From: a virus
Taxonomy: Duplodnaviria > Heunggongvirae > Uroviricota > Caudoviricetes
Length of the DNA: 7,427 nt
IMG/VR virus record: IMGVR_UViG_2740892035_000002
Strand: one strand, 5' to 3'
The notes beneath the pieces are model-generated. The model saw only the letters and a program-made list of their open reading frames with translations, was not told the origin of the DNA and searched no databases. Within the stretch, counting starts at the first letter, position 1; each line of letters opens with the position of its first letter. This document shows, piece after piece, positions 1 to 7,208 of the stretch. The position numbers and the translations under genes were made by a program.

Positions 1-114
1 AATCACAAAATTTCCATTGCCACCAGTAACCGTCCAGAAAGACATATCAGGGATTTGGTTTTCCCCGTTGCCCACATTCCGTTTTGCCGCTTCTCCCAAA
101 CCAACGTTTATGAA
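1..114 (-). CDS. Possible partial tail-fibre variable segment (alternative, currently unfused cassette); no start codon in window
   Basis: Minus-strand frame is open across the whole stretch and through the crossover site (hand translation FINVGLGEAAKRNVGNGENQIPDMSFWTVTGGNGNFVI), Gly/Asn-rich like tail-fibre sequence. In Gin/Cin/Pin systems the crossover site lies inside the fibre coding sequence. Weak: the + frame is also open here and 38 stop-free codons can occur by chance. Confidence 0.3.
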
Positions 115-116
115 AA
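91..116. other. hix/gix/cix-like 26-bp invertase crossover site
   Basis: TTCTCCCAAACC-AA-CGTTTATGAAAA: two imperfectly inverted 12-bp half-sites around an AA core. By hand, 20/26 identical to Salmonella hixL as I recall it (TTCTTGAAAACCAAGGTTTTTGATAA). Sits 55 bp upstream of the invertase start. Confidence 0.6.
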
Positions 117-171
117 TGCAGAGATAACGGGCAACTGGCATCATCTCCGGTTTTTATTCAGGGGGATGCTC

Positions 172-765
172 ATGCTTATTGGCTATGTACGCGTGTCAAC
201 AAATGACCAGAATACGGAATTGCAGCGTAACGCGCTGGAGTGCGCAGGATGTGAGCTGATTTTTGAGGACAAAATCAGCGGCACGAAGTCCGACAGGCCG
301 GGACTGAAAAAACTGCTCAGGACATTATCGGATGGGGATACACTGGTAGTCTGGAAGCTGGACCGGCTGGGGCGTAGTATGCGGCATCTGGTCATTCTGG
401 TTGAGGAGCTGCGCGAACGCGGCGTTAATTTTCGCAGCCTGACGGATGCTATTGATACCAGCACGCCGATGGGGCGTTTTTTCTTTCATGTGATGGGTGC
501 CCTGGCCGAAATGGAACGAGAACTCATTGTCGAGCGGACACGCGCCGGACTGGAAGCGGCCAGAGCCAAAGGTCGTATTGGTGGCAGACGTCCGAAACTC
601 ACCGCGAGTGAGTGGGAGCAGGCCGGGCGGTTGTTGGCTGCAGGGGAATCACGTCAACGCGTGGCACTGATTTTTGATATTGGCCTGTCCACGCTCTATA
701 AAAAATTCCCCGCCTCCGTGACAAAAAATAAATTGTGTCATCCCTTAGCCAACCGGGAAAAATAG
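172..765 (+). CDS. Serine DNA invertase, Hin/Gin/Cin/Pin family
   Basis: Begins MLIGYVRVSTNDQ with the catalytic Ser in the resolvase/invertase N-terminal motif; conserved VVWKLDRLGRS and GRFFFHVMGALAEMERELI; C-terminal HTH (ALIFDIGLSTLYKK). GGGGGA Shine-Dalgarno 5 nt upstream of ATG 172. The track ORF from 55 uses a TTG start and adds a non-homologous N-extension, so I prefer 172 (166 also possible). Confidence 0.9.
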   Translation: MLIGYVRVSTNDQNTELQRNALECAGCELIFEDKISGTKSDRPGLKKLLRTLSDGDTLVVWKLDRLGRSMRHLVILVEELRERGVNFRSLTDAIDTSTPMGRFFFHVMGALAEMERELIVERTRAGLEAARAKGRIGGRRPKLTASEWEQAGRLLAAGESRQRVALIFDIGLSTLYKKFPASVTKNKLCHPLANREK

Positions 766-824
766 CCTGACATCTCCGGCACAACTGAAAATATCACTCA
801 CCCATTAACCACGGAGTTAAACGG

Positions 825-2015
825 ATGAGTGACTATCATCACGGCGTGCAGGTGCTGGAGATTAACGACGGCACCCGCGTCATTTCCACCGTATCCACTG
901 CCATTGTCGGCATGGTCTGCACGGCCAGCGATGCGGATGCGGAAACCTTCCCCCTCAATAAACCTGTGCTGATTACCAATGTGCAGAGCGCAATTGCAAA
1001 GGCCGGTAAAAAAGGCACGCTGGCGGCATCGTTGCAGGCCATCGCTGACCAGTCAAAACCGGTCACCGTTGTCGTGCGCGTGGAAGACGGCACCGGTGAT
1101 GACGAGGAAACGAAACTCGCGCAGACCGTTTCCAATATCATCGGCACCACCGACGAAAACGGTCAGTACACCGGACTGAAAGCCCTGCTGGCGGCGGAGT
1201 CGGTAACTGGTGTTAAACCGCGTATTCTCGGCGTGCCGGGACTGGATACCAAAGAGGTGGCTGTTGCACTGGCATCAGTCTGTCAGAAGCTGCGCGCTTT
1301 CGGGTATATCAGCGCATGGGGCTGTAAAACTATTTCCGAGGTGAAAGCCTACCGCCAGAATTTCAGCCAGCGTGAGCTGATGGTCATCTGGCCGGATTTC
1401 CTCGCATGGGATACGGTCGCCAGTACCACCGCCACCGCGTATGCCACCGCCCGTGCGCTGGGTCTGCGCGCTAAAATCGACCAGGAGCAGGGCTGGCATA
1501 AAACGCTGTCCAACGTCGGGGTAAACGGTGTTACCGGCATCAGCGCGTCCGTATTCTGGGATTTGCAGGAGTCCGGCACCGATGCTGACCTGCTTAACGA
1601 GTCTGGCGTCACAACGCTGATTCGCCGCGACGGTTTCCGCTTCTGGGGTAACCGTACCTGCTCTGATGACCCGCTGTTCCTCTTTGAAAACTACACCCGC
1701 ACCGCGCAGGTGCTGGCCGACACGATGGCTGAGGCGCACATGTGGGCGGTGGACAAGCCCATCACCGCAACGCTGATTCGCGACATCGTTGACGGCATTA
1801 ATGCCAAATTCCGTGAGCTGAAAACAAACGGCTATATCGTGGATGCGACCTGCTGGTTCAGCGAAGAATCCAACGATGCGGAAACCCTTAAGGCCGGAAA
1901 ACTGTATATCGACTACGACTATACCCCGGTGCCTCCTCTTGAAAACCTGACCCTGCGCCAGCGTATTACCGATAAATACCTGGCAAATCTGGTCACCTCG
2001 GTTAACAGCAATTAA
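825..2015 (+). CDS. FI: Contractile tail sheath protein (P2 gpFI-like)
   Basis: 396 aa starting MSDYHHGVQVLEINDGTRVISTVST, matching P2 FI in length and sequence from memory; GGAG 8 nt upstream of ATG; first gene of the FETUD operon order. Confidence 0.93.
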   Translation: MSDYHHGVQVLEINDGTRVISTVSTAIVGMVCTASDADAETFPLNKPVLITNVQSAIAKAGKKGTLAASLQAIADQSKPVTVVVRVEDGTGDDEETKLAQTVSNIIGTTDENGQYTGLKALLAAESVTGVKPRILGVPGLDTKEVAVALASVCQKLRAFGYISAWGCKTISEVKAYRQNFSQRELMVIWPDFLAWDTVASTTATAYATARALGLRAKIDQEQGWHKTLSNVGVNGVTGISASVFWDLQESGTDADLLNESGVTTLIRRDGFRFWGNRTCSDDPLFLFENYTRTAQVLADTMAEAHMWAVDKPITATLIRDIVDGINAKFRELKTNGYIVDATCWFSEESNDAETLKAGKLYIDYDYTPVPPLENLTLRQRITDKYLANLVTSVNSN

Positions 2016-2027
2016 GGAGCCTGACCG

Positions 2028-2546
2028 ATGGCAATGCCGCGCAAACTCAAGTTAATGAACGTCTTTCTGAACGGCTACAGCTATCAGGGCGTTGCAAAGT
2101 CCGTCACGCTGCCAAAACTGACCCGTAAGCTCGAAAACTATCGCGGTGCGGGGATGAACGGCAGCGCACCGGTAGACCTCGGCCTTGATGACGATGCGCT
2201 GTCAATGGAGTGGTCGCTCGGGGGCTTCCCGGATTCGGTTATCTGGGAGCTTTACGCCGCAACCGGTGTGGATGCCGTACCGATTCGTTTTGCAGGCTCT
2301 TACCAGCGCGACGATACCGGCGAAACGGTGGCCGTCGAGGTGGTCATGCGTGGCCGTCAGAAAGAAATCGACACCGGCGAGGGTAAACAGGGAGAAGACA
2401 CCGAGTCGAAAATCTCCGTGGTCTGCACCTATTTCCGGCTGACGATGGACGGTAAGGAGCTGGTCGAAATCGACACCATCAACATGATTGAGAAGGTGAA
2501 CGGCGTCGACCGGCTGGAGCAACACCGCCGGAATATCGGCCTGTAA
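2028..2546 (+). CDS. FII: Tail tube protein (P2 gpFII-like)
   Basis: 172 aa (MAMPRKLKLMNVFLNGYSYQG...), immediately after the sheath gene with AAGGAG 8 nt upstream; size and sequence match P2 FII. Confidence 0.93.
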   Translation: MAMPRKLKLMNVFLNGYSYQGVAKSVTLPKLTRKLENYRGAGMNGSAPVDLGLDDDALSMEWSLGGFPDSVIWELYAATGVDAVPIRFAGSYQRDDTGETVAVEVVMRGRQKEIDTGEGKQGEDTESKISVVCTYFRLTMDGKELVEIDTINMIEKVNGVDRLEQHRRNIGL

Positions 2547-2553
2547 TTTTCAT

Positions 2554-2574
2554 CCGGTCAGCCAGGCTGACCGG
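2554..2574 (+). promoter_or_regulatory. GC-rich perfect hairpin between tube gene and E (possible partial terminator / mRNA structure)
   Basis: CCGGTCAGCC-A-GGCTGACCGG is a perfect 10-nt inverted repeat starting 8 nt after the FII stop; no U-tract follows, so not a canonical intrinsic terminator. Confidence 0.3.
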
Positions 2575-2602
2575 TTAACCCTGATTCAGAAGTGAGAAAA
2601 CC

Positions 2603-2878
2603 ATGAACAAAGAAAATGTGATTACCCTGGACAATCCGGTCAAGCGTGGTGAGCAGGTCATCGAACAGGTCACGCTGATGAAACCCAATGCCGGGACGCT
2701 GCGCGGTGTCAGTCTGGCAGCGGTCGCGAACTCCGAAGTCGATGCACTGATTAAGGTGCTGCCGCGCATGACGGCACCGATGCTGACCGAGCAGGAAGTC
2801 GCCGCGCTGGAACTGCCTGACCTTGTGGCGCTGGCCGGTAAGGTGGTCGGTTTTTTGTCGCCGAACTCGGTGCAGTGA
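2603..2878 (+). CDS. E: Tail assembly chaperone gpE (lambda G analogue)
   Basis: 91 aa (MNKENVITLDNPVKRGEQ...VVGFLSPNSVQ); position between tube and tape measure; matches P2 E. Confidence 0.9.
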   Translation: MNKENVITLDNPVKRGEQVIEQVTLMKPNAGTLRGVSLAAVANSEVDALIKVLPRMTAPMLTEQEVAALELPDLVALAGKVVGFLSPNSVQ

Positions 2879-3030
2879 CGTTTCCGAAAAATCTGTCGGT
2901 CGATGACCTGATGGCGGATGTGGCAGTGATATTTCACTGGCCGCCATCAGAACTGTATCCCATGAGCCTGACCGAACTCATCACATGGCGCGAAAAGGCG
3001 CTCCGGCGAAGCGGAAACACGAATGAGTAA
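2603..3030 (+). CDS. E+E': gpE+E' frameshift fusion product (lambda GT analogue), made by -1 slip at 2851-2857
   Basis: Hand translation of the -1 frame after the slippery site gives a 58-codon extension ending at TAA 3028-3030, overlapping the T start (ATG 3023) by 8 nt; this arrangement is the one described for the P2 FETUD operon. Confidence 0.8.
2851..2857 (+). other. Programmed -1 ribosomal frameshift slippery heptamer T TTT TTG
   Basis: The heptamer lies in the E zero frame (codons TTT 2852-2854, TTG 2855-2857), 8 codons before the E stop. The -1 frame is open from here to TAA 3028-3030 and encodes ...FFVAELGAVTFPKNLSVDDLMADVAVIFHWPPSELYPMSLTELITWREKALRRSGNTNE. Confidence 0.8.
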
Positions 3031-5470
3031 CAATGTAAAATTACAGGTATTGCTCAGGGCTGTTGACCAGGCATCCCGCCCGTTTAAATCCATCCGCACA
3101 GCGAGCAGGTCGCTGTCGGGGGATATCCGGGAAACACAAAAATCACTGCGCGAGCTGAACGGTCAGGCATCCCGTATTGAGGGATTTCGCAAGACCAGTG
3201 CACAGCTCGCCGTGACTGGTCATGCACTTGAAAAGGCTCGGCAGGAAGCCGAAGCACTTGCCACACAGTTTAAAAACACTGAACGTCCGACCCGTGCTCA
3301 GGCGAAAGTGCTGGAATCCGCAAAGCGTGCGGCGGAGGACTTACAGGCGAAATATAACCGCCTGACGGATTCCGTTAAGCGCCAGCAGCGGGAACTGGCC
3401 GCTGTGGGAATTAATACCCGCAATCTTGCACATGATGAGCAGGGACTGAAAAACCGTATCAGTGAAACCACCGCACAGCTTAACCGGCAGCGTGACGCGC
3501 TGGCGCGTGTCAGTGCGCAACAGGCAAAACTTAATGCAGTAAAACAGCGTTATCAGGCCGGAAAGGAACTGGCCGGAAATATGGCCTCGGTGGGCGCTGC
3601 CGGTGTGGGGATTGCGGCGGCGGGAACGATGGCCGGAGTTAAGTTGCTGATGCCCGGTTATGAGTTTGCGCAGAAAAACTCAGAATTGCAGGCCGTGCTC
3701 GGAGTGGCAAAAGACTCCGCCGAAATGACCGCACTACGCAAACAGGCGCGCCAGCTCGGCGACAATACCGCCGCCTCGGCGGATGATGCGGCCGGTGCAC
3801 AGATAATCATCGCGAAAGCGGGTGGGGATGTTGATGCCATTCAGGCGGCAACGCCGGTCACGCTGAATATGGCGCTGGCGAACCGCCGCACGATGGAAGA
3901 AAACGCCGCCCTGCTGATGGGGATGAAATCCGCCTTTCAGCTTTCAAACGATAAGGTCGCTCATATCGGGGATGTTCTCTCCATGACGATGAACAAAACC
4001 GCCGCCGATTTTGACGGCATGAGTGATGCGCTGACCTATGCCGCACCTGTGGCAAAAAATGCCGGTGTCAGCATTGAAGAAACCGCCGCAATGGTCGGGG
4101 CGCTGCATGATGCAAAAATCACAGGCTCAATGGCGGGGACGGGAAGCCGTGCCGTGTTAAGCCGCCTGCAGGCACCGACGGGAAAAGCATGGGATGCACT
4201 CAAAGAGCTTGGAGTGAAAACCTCAGACAGCAAAGGAAACACCCGGCCAATATTTACCATTCTGAAAGAAATGCAGGCCAGTTTTGAGAAAAACCGGCTC
4301 GGTACTGCCCAGCAGGCTGAATACATGAAAACCATTTTCGGGGAGGAGGCCAGCTCAGCCGCCGCTGTGCTGATGACTGCCGCCTCAACCGGAAAGCTGG
4401 ACAAACTGACCGCTGCGTTTAAAGCCTCAGACGGGAAGACCGCAGAGCTGGTAAATATCATGCAGGACAACCTCGGCGGTGACTTTAAGGAGTTTCAGTC
4501 CGCTTATGAGGCGGTGGGGACTGACCTGTTTGACCAGCAGGAAGGCGCACTGCGTAATCTCACGCAGACGGCCACAAAGTATGTGTTAAAACTCGACGGC
4601 TGGATCCAGAAAAACAAATCACTGGCGTCAACCATCGGCATCATTGTCGGTGGTGCACTGGCACTGATTGGTGTCATCGGTGCCATTGGCCTCGTAGCCT
4701 GGCCGGTTATCACCGGCATCAATGCCATCATCGCGGCAGCAGGCGCAATGGGGGCAATCTTCACGACGGTTGGCAGTGCTGTTATAACCGCCATCGGGGC
4801 GATTAGCTGGCCGGTTGTGGCCGTGGTGGCCGCCATTGTCGCCGGGGCGTTGCTTATCCGTAAATACTGGGAGCCTGTCAGCGCATTCTTTGGCGGTGTG
4901 GTGGAAGGGCTGAAAGCGGCATTTGCGCCGGTGGGGGAACTGTTCACGCCACTTAAACCGGTGTTTGACTGGCTGGGTGAAAAGTTACAGGCCGCGTGGC
5001 AGTGGTTTAAAAACCTGATTGCCCCGGTCAAAGCCACCCGGGACACCCTGAACCGTTGCCGTGACACGGGCGTCATGTTCGGGCAGGCACTGGCTGACGC
5101 GCTGATGCTGCCGCTTAATGCGTTCAACAAACTGCGCAGTGGTATTGACTGGGTACTGGAAAAACTCGGTGTTATCAACAAAGAGTCAGACACACTTGAC
5201 CAGACCGCCGCCAGAACTCAAGCCGCCACGTATGGCAGCGGTGGTTATATTCCGGCGACCAGCTCTTATGCAGGCTATCAGGCTTATCAGCCGGTCACGG
5301 CACCGGCTGGCCGCTCTTATGTAGACCAGAGTAAAAACGAATATCACATCAGCCTGACGGGTGGTACTGCGCCGGGGACACAGCTTGACCGCCAGTTACA
5401 GGATGCGCTCGAAAAATACGAGCGGGATAAACGTGCGCGCGCCCGTGCCAGCATGATGCATGACGGTTAA
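3023..5470 (+). CDS. T: Tail tape measure protein (P2 gpT-like)
   Basis: 815 aa; N-terminal Gln/Ala/Arg-rich predicted coiled-coil region, central Ala/Gly-rich region and a long hydrophobic Gly/Ala/Ile segment; position after E/E'. Confidence 0.93.
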   Translation: MSNNVKLQVLLRAVDQASRPFKSIRTASRSLSGDIRETQKSLRELNGQASRIEGFRKTSAQLAVTGHALEKARQEAEALATQFKNTERPTRAQAKVLESAKRAAEDLQAKYNRLTDSVKRQQRELAAVGINTRNLAHDEQGLKNRISETTAQLNRQRDALARVSAQQAKLNAVKQRYQAGKELAGNMASVGAAGVGIAAAGTMAGVKLLMPGYEFAQKNSELQAVLGVAKDSAEMTALRKQARQLGDNTAASADDAAGAQIIIAKAGGDVDAIQAATPVTLNMALANRRTMEENAALLMGMKSAFQLSNDKVAHIGDVLSMTMNKTAADFDGMSDALTYAAPVAKNAGVSIEETAAMVGALHDAKITGSMAGTGSRAVLSRLQAPTGKAWDALKELGVKTSDSKGNTRPIFTILKEMQASFEKNRLGTAQQAEYMKTIFGEEASSAAAVLMTAASTGKLDKLTAAFKASDGKTAELVNIMQDNLGGDFKEFQSAYEAVGTDLFDQQEGALRNLTQTATKYVLKLDGWIQKNKSLASTIGIIVGGALALIGVIGAIGLVAWPVITGINAIIAAAGAMGAIFTTVGSAVITAIGAISWPVVAVVAAIVAGALLIRKYWEPVSAFFGGVVEGLKAAFAPVGELFTPLKPVFDWLGEKLQAAWQWFKNLIAPVKATRDTLNRCRDTGVMFGQALADALMLPLNAFNKLRSGIDWVLEKLGVINKESDTLDQTAARTQAATYGSGGYIPATSSYAGYQAYQPVTAPAGRSYVDQSKNEYHISLTGGTAPGTQLDRQLQDALEKYERDKRARARASMMHDG

Positions 5471-5484
5471 GGAGGTAACGAAAA

Positions 5485-5964
5485 ATGATGCTCGCGTTAG
5501 GTATGTTTGTTTTTATGCGCCAGACGCTGCCACACCAGACCATGCAGCGTGAATCAGATTATCGCTGGCCGTCAAATTCCCGTATCGGTAAACGGGACGC
5601 TTTTCAGTTTCTCGGTGTGGGTGAGGAAAACATCACGCTTGCCGGTGTGCTTTATCCCGAACTGACCGGCGGCAAGCTGACGATGACCACGCTCAGGCTG
5701 ATGGCAGAGGAGGGGCGGGCGTGGCCGTTGCTGGATGGCACCGGCATGATTTACGGCATGTATGTCATCAGCAAGGTGAGTGAAACAGGGAGTATTTTCT
5801 TTGCAGACGGCACACCCCGGAAAATTGATTTTACGCTGTCGCTCACCCGCGTTGATGAATCACTGGCCGCGCTTTATGGCGATATCGGTAAACAGGCGGA
5901 ATCGCTCATCGGTAAGGCTGGCAGTATGGCGACTAAATTCACGGGTATGACGGGGGCGGGATAA
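5485..5964 (+). CDS. U: Tail protein gpU-like
   Basis: 159 aa; GGAGGT 8 nt upstream of ATG; position between T and D; matches P2 U by order and size. Confidence 0.88.
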   Translation: MMLALGMFVFMRQTLPHQTMQRESDYRWPSNSRIGKRDAFQFLGVGEENITLAGVLYPELTGGKLTMTTLRLMAEEGRAWPLLDGTGMIYGMYVISKVSETGSIFFADGTPRKIDFTLSLTRVDESLAALYGDIGKQAESLIGKAGSMATKFTGMTGAG

Positions 5965-7127
5965 TGCTGGATGCACTGACATTTGATGCAGGCAGTACGC
6001 TGACGCCGGATTACATGCTGATGCTCGACAGCAGGGATATTACCAGCAATATCAGCGACCGTCTGATGAGCATGACCCTGACGGATAACCGGGGCTTTGA
6101 GGCTGACCAGCTTGATATTGAACTGAACGATGCCGACGGGCAGGTCGGACTACCGATTCGTGGCGCTGTCCTGACGGTGTATATCGGCTGGAAAGGTTTT
6201 ACCCTGGTATGCAAAGGGAAATTTACCGTTGATGAGGTTGAACACCGGGGCGCACCGGATGTGGTCACCATCCGCGCCCGGAGTGCAGATTTTCGCGGGA
6301 CGCTCAATTCCCGCCGTGAAGGCTCATGGCATGACACCACGCTCGGTGCGATTGTTGAGGCGATAGCCTCCCGTAACAGGCTGGAAGCCAGTGTCGCTCC
6401 GTCACTGGCCGGAATTAAAATCCCGCACATCGACCAGTCGCAGGAGTCTGATGCGAAATTCCTGACCCGTCTTGCAGAACGCAACGGCGGTGAGGTGTCG
6501 GTAAAAATGGGAAAATTGTTGTTTCTCAAAGCGGGGCAGGGGATGACGGCCAGCGGTAAAAAAATCCCGCAGATTACCATCACCCGCAGCGACGGCGACC
6601 GTCATCATTTTGCGATTGCTGACCGTGGAGCCTACACCGGCGTAACGGCAAAGTGGTTACACACCAAAGACCCGAAGCCGCAAAAGCAGAAGGTAAAACT
6701 GAAACGCAAAAAGAAAGAGAAACACCTGCGCGCACTGGAGCACCCGAAAGCGAAACCGGTCAGGCAGAAGAAAGCGCCAAAAGTACCGGAAGCGCGCGAA
6801 GGTGAATACATGGCCGGTGAGGCTGATAACGTTTTTGCCCTGACCACGGTATATGCCACGAAAGCGCAGGCCATGCGCGCCGCTCAGGCGAAGTGGGATA
6901 AACTGCAACGGGGTGTAGCGGAGTTCTCCATCAGCCTGGCTACCGGTCGGGCAGATATTTACACGGAAACACCGGTCAAAGTGTCAGGCTTTAAGCGCGT
7001 CATAGACGAGCAGGACTGGACAATCACTAAGGTGACACATTTTCTGAATAATAGCGGCTTCACGACGTCCTTGGAGCTTGAGGTAAGGCTTTCTGATGTG
7101 GAGTACGAAACAGAAGATGATGAGTGA
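5964..7127 (+). CDS. D: Tail protein gpD-like (tail/baseplate hub-type protein)
   Basis: 387 aa; start ATG overlaps the U stop (ATAATG); contains an internal Lys/Pro-rich basic linker; matches P2 D by order and size. Confidence 0.88.
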   Translation: MLDALTFDAGSTLTPDYMLMLDSRDITSNISDRLMSMTLTDNRGFEADQLDIELNDADGQVGLPIRGAVLTVYIGWKGFTLVCKGKFTVDEVEHRGAPDVVTIRARSADFRGTLNSRREGSWHDTTLGAIVEAIASRNRLEASVAPSLAGIKIPHIDQSQESDAKFLTRLAERNGGEVSVKMGKLLFLKAGQGMTASGKKIPQITITRSDGDRHHFAIADRGAYTGVTAKWLHTKDPKPQKQKVKLKRKKKEKHLRALEHPKAKPVRQKKAPKVPEAREGEYMAGEADNVFALTTVYATKAQAMRAAQAKWDKLQRGVAEFSISLATGRADIYTETPVKVSGFKRVIDEQDWTITKVTHFLNNSGFTTSLELEVRLSDVEYETEDDE

Positions 7128-7145
7128 TGTGGTTTGTTTATCTGT

Positions 7146-7174
7146 TTGTTTTATAAGGATAAATTAACTAAAAT
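7146..7174 (+). promoter_or_regulatory. Candidate sigma70 promoter for ogr (TTGTTT -17 bp- TAAAAT)
   Basis: AT-rich D-ogr intergenic region; -35-like TTGTTT at 7146-7151 and -10-like TAAAAT at 7169-7174 with a 17-bp spacer, located by hand; ogr is known to have its own promoter in P2. Confidence 0.3.
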
Positions 7175-7208
7175 GGCACCATCAACAAAACCGGAAGAGG
7201 TGCTCGCG

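Noticed and set aside
55-171. N-terminal extension of the invertase ORF from a TTG at 55
   Set aside because: Invertases of this family begin at MLIGYVRVST; a good Shine-Dalgarno precedes ATG 172; the extension would read through the crossover site and has no homology-like features.
736-772. Inverted repeat TGTCA...TGACA flanking the invertase stop as terminator or Ogr box
   Set aside because: Only 5 bp arms with a 27-bp spacer: too weak for a terminator and wrong spacing for the TGT-N12-ACA late-promoter dyad.
766-824. Hidden cargo or defence gene in the Z/fun hotspot position
   Set aside because: Only 59 bp separate the invertase stop from the sheath start; no ORF fits, and the invertase itself is the only accessory gene.
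839-2525. Alternate-frame and antisense ORFs within the sheath and tube genes (839-1150 -, 979-1179 +, 1275-1739 -, 1349-1612 -, 2185-2442 +, 2202-2525 -)
   Set aside because: All lie inside strongly supported sheath/tube coding sequence; translations are Arg/Ser/Pro-rich, characteristic of off-frame reading of GC-rich genes.
2558-2947. Minus-strand ORFs (2558-2947, 2575-2937) overlapping E and E'
   Set aside because: Antisense to the E/E' recoding region, which is fully accounted for by the + strand genes.
4036-5193. Long minus-strand ORFs inside the tape measure gene (4504-5193, 229 aa; 4036-4470, 144 aa)
   Set aside because: Antisense to a conserved, clearly coding gene; low-complexity Ala/Ser/Thr-rich translations typical of GC-rich antisense frames; no ribosome-binding sites.
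6011-6908. Minus-strand ORFs inside D (6011-6583, 6402-6608, 6632-6874, 6657-6908)
   Set aside because: Antisense to the D coding frame; the last two arise from the AAA/AAG-rich lysine linker codons; no independent start signals.
7134-7208. Longer Ogr starting at TTG 7134 or ATG 7173
   Set aside because: No ribosome-binding site for either; both would sit within the AT-rich promoter region; the 72-aa form starting MFHCPLC matches the known Ogr length.
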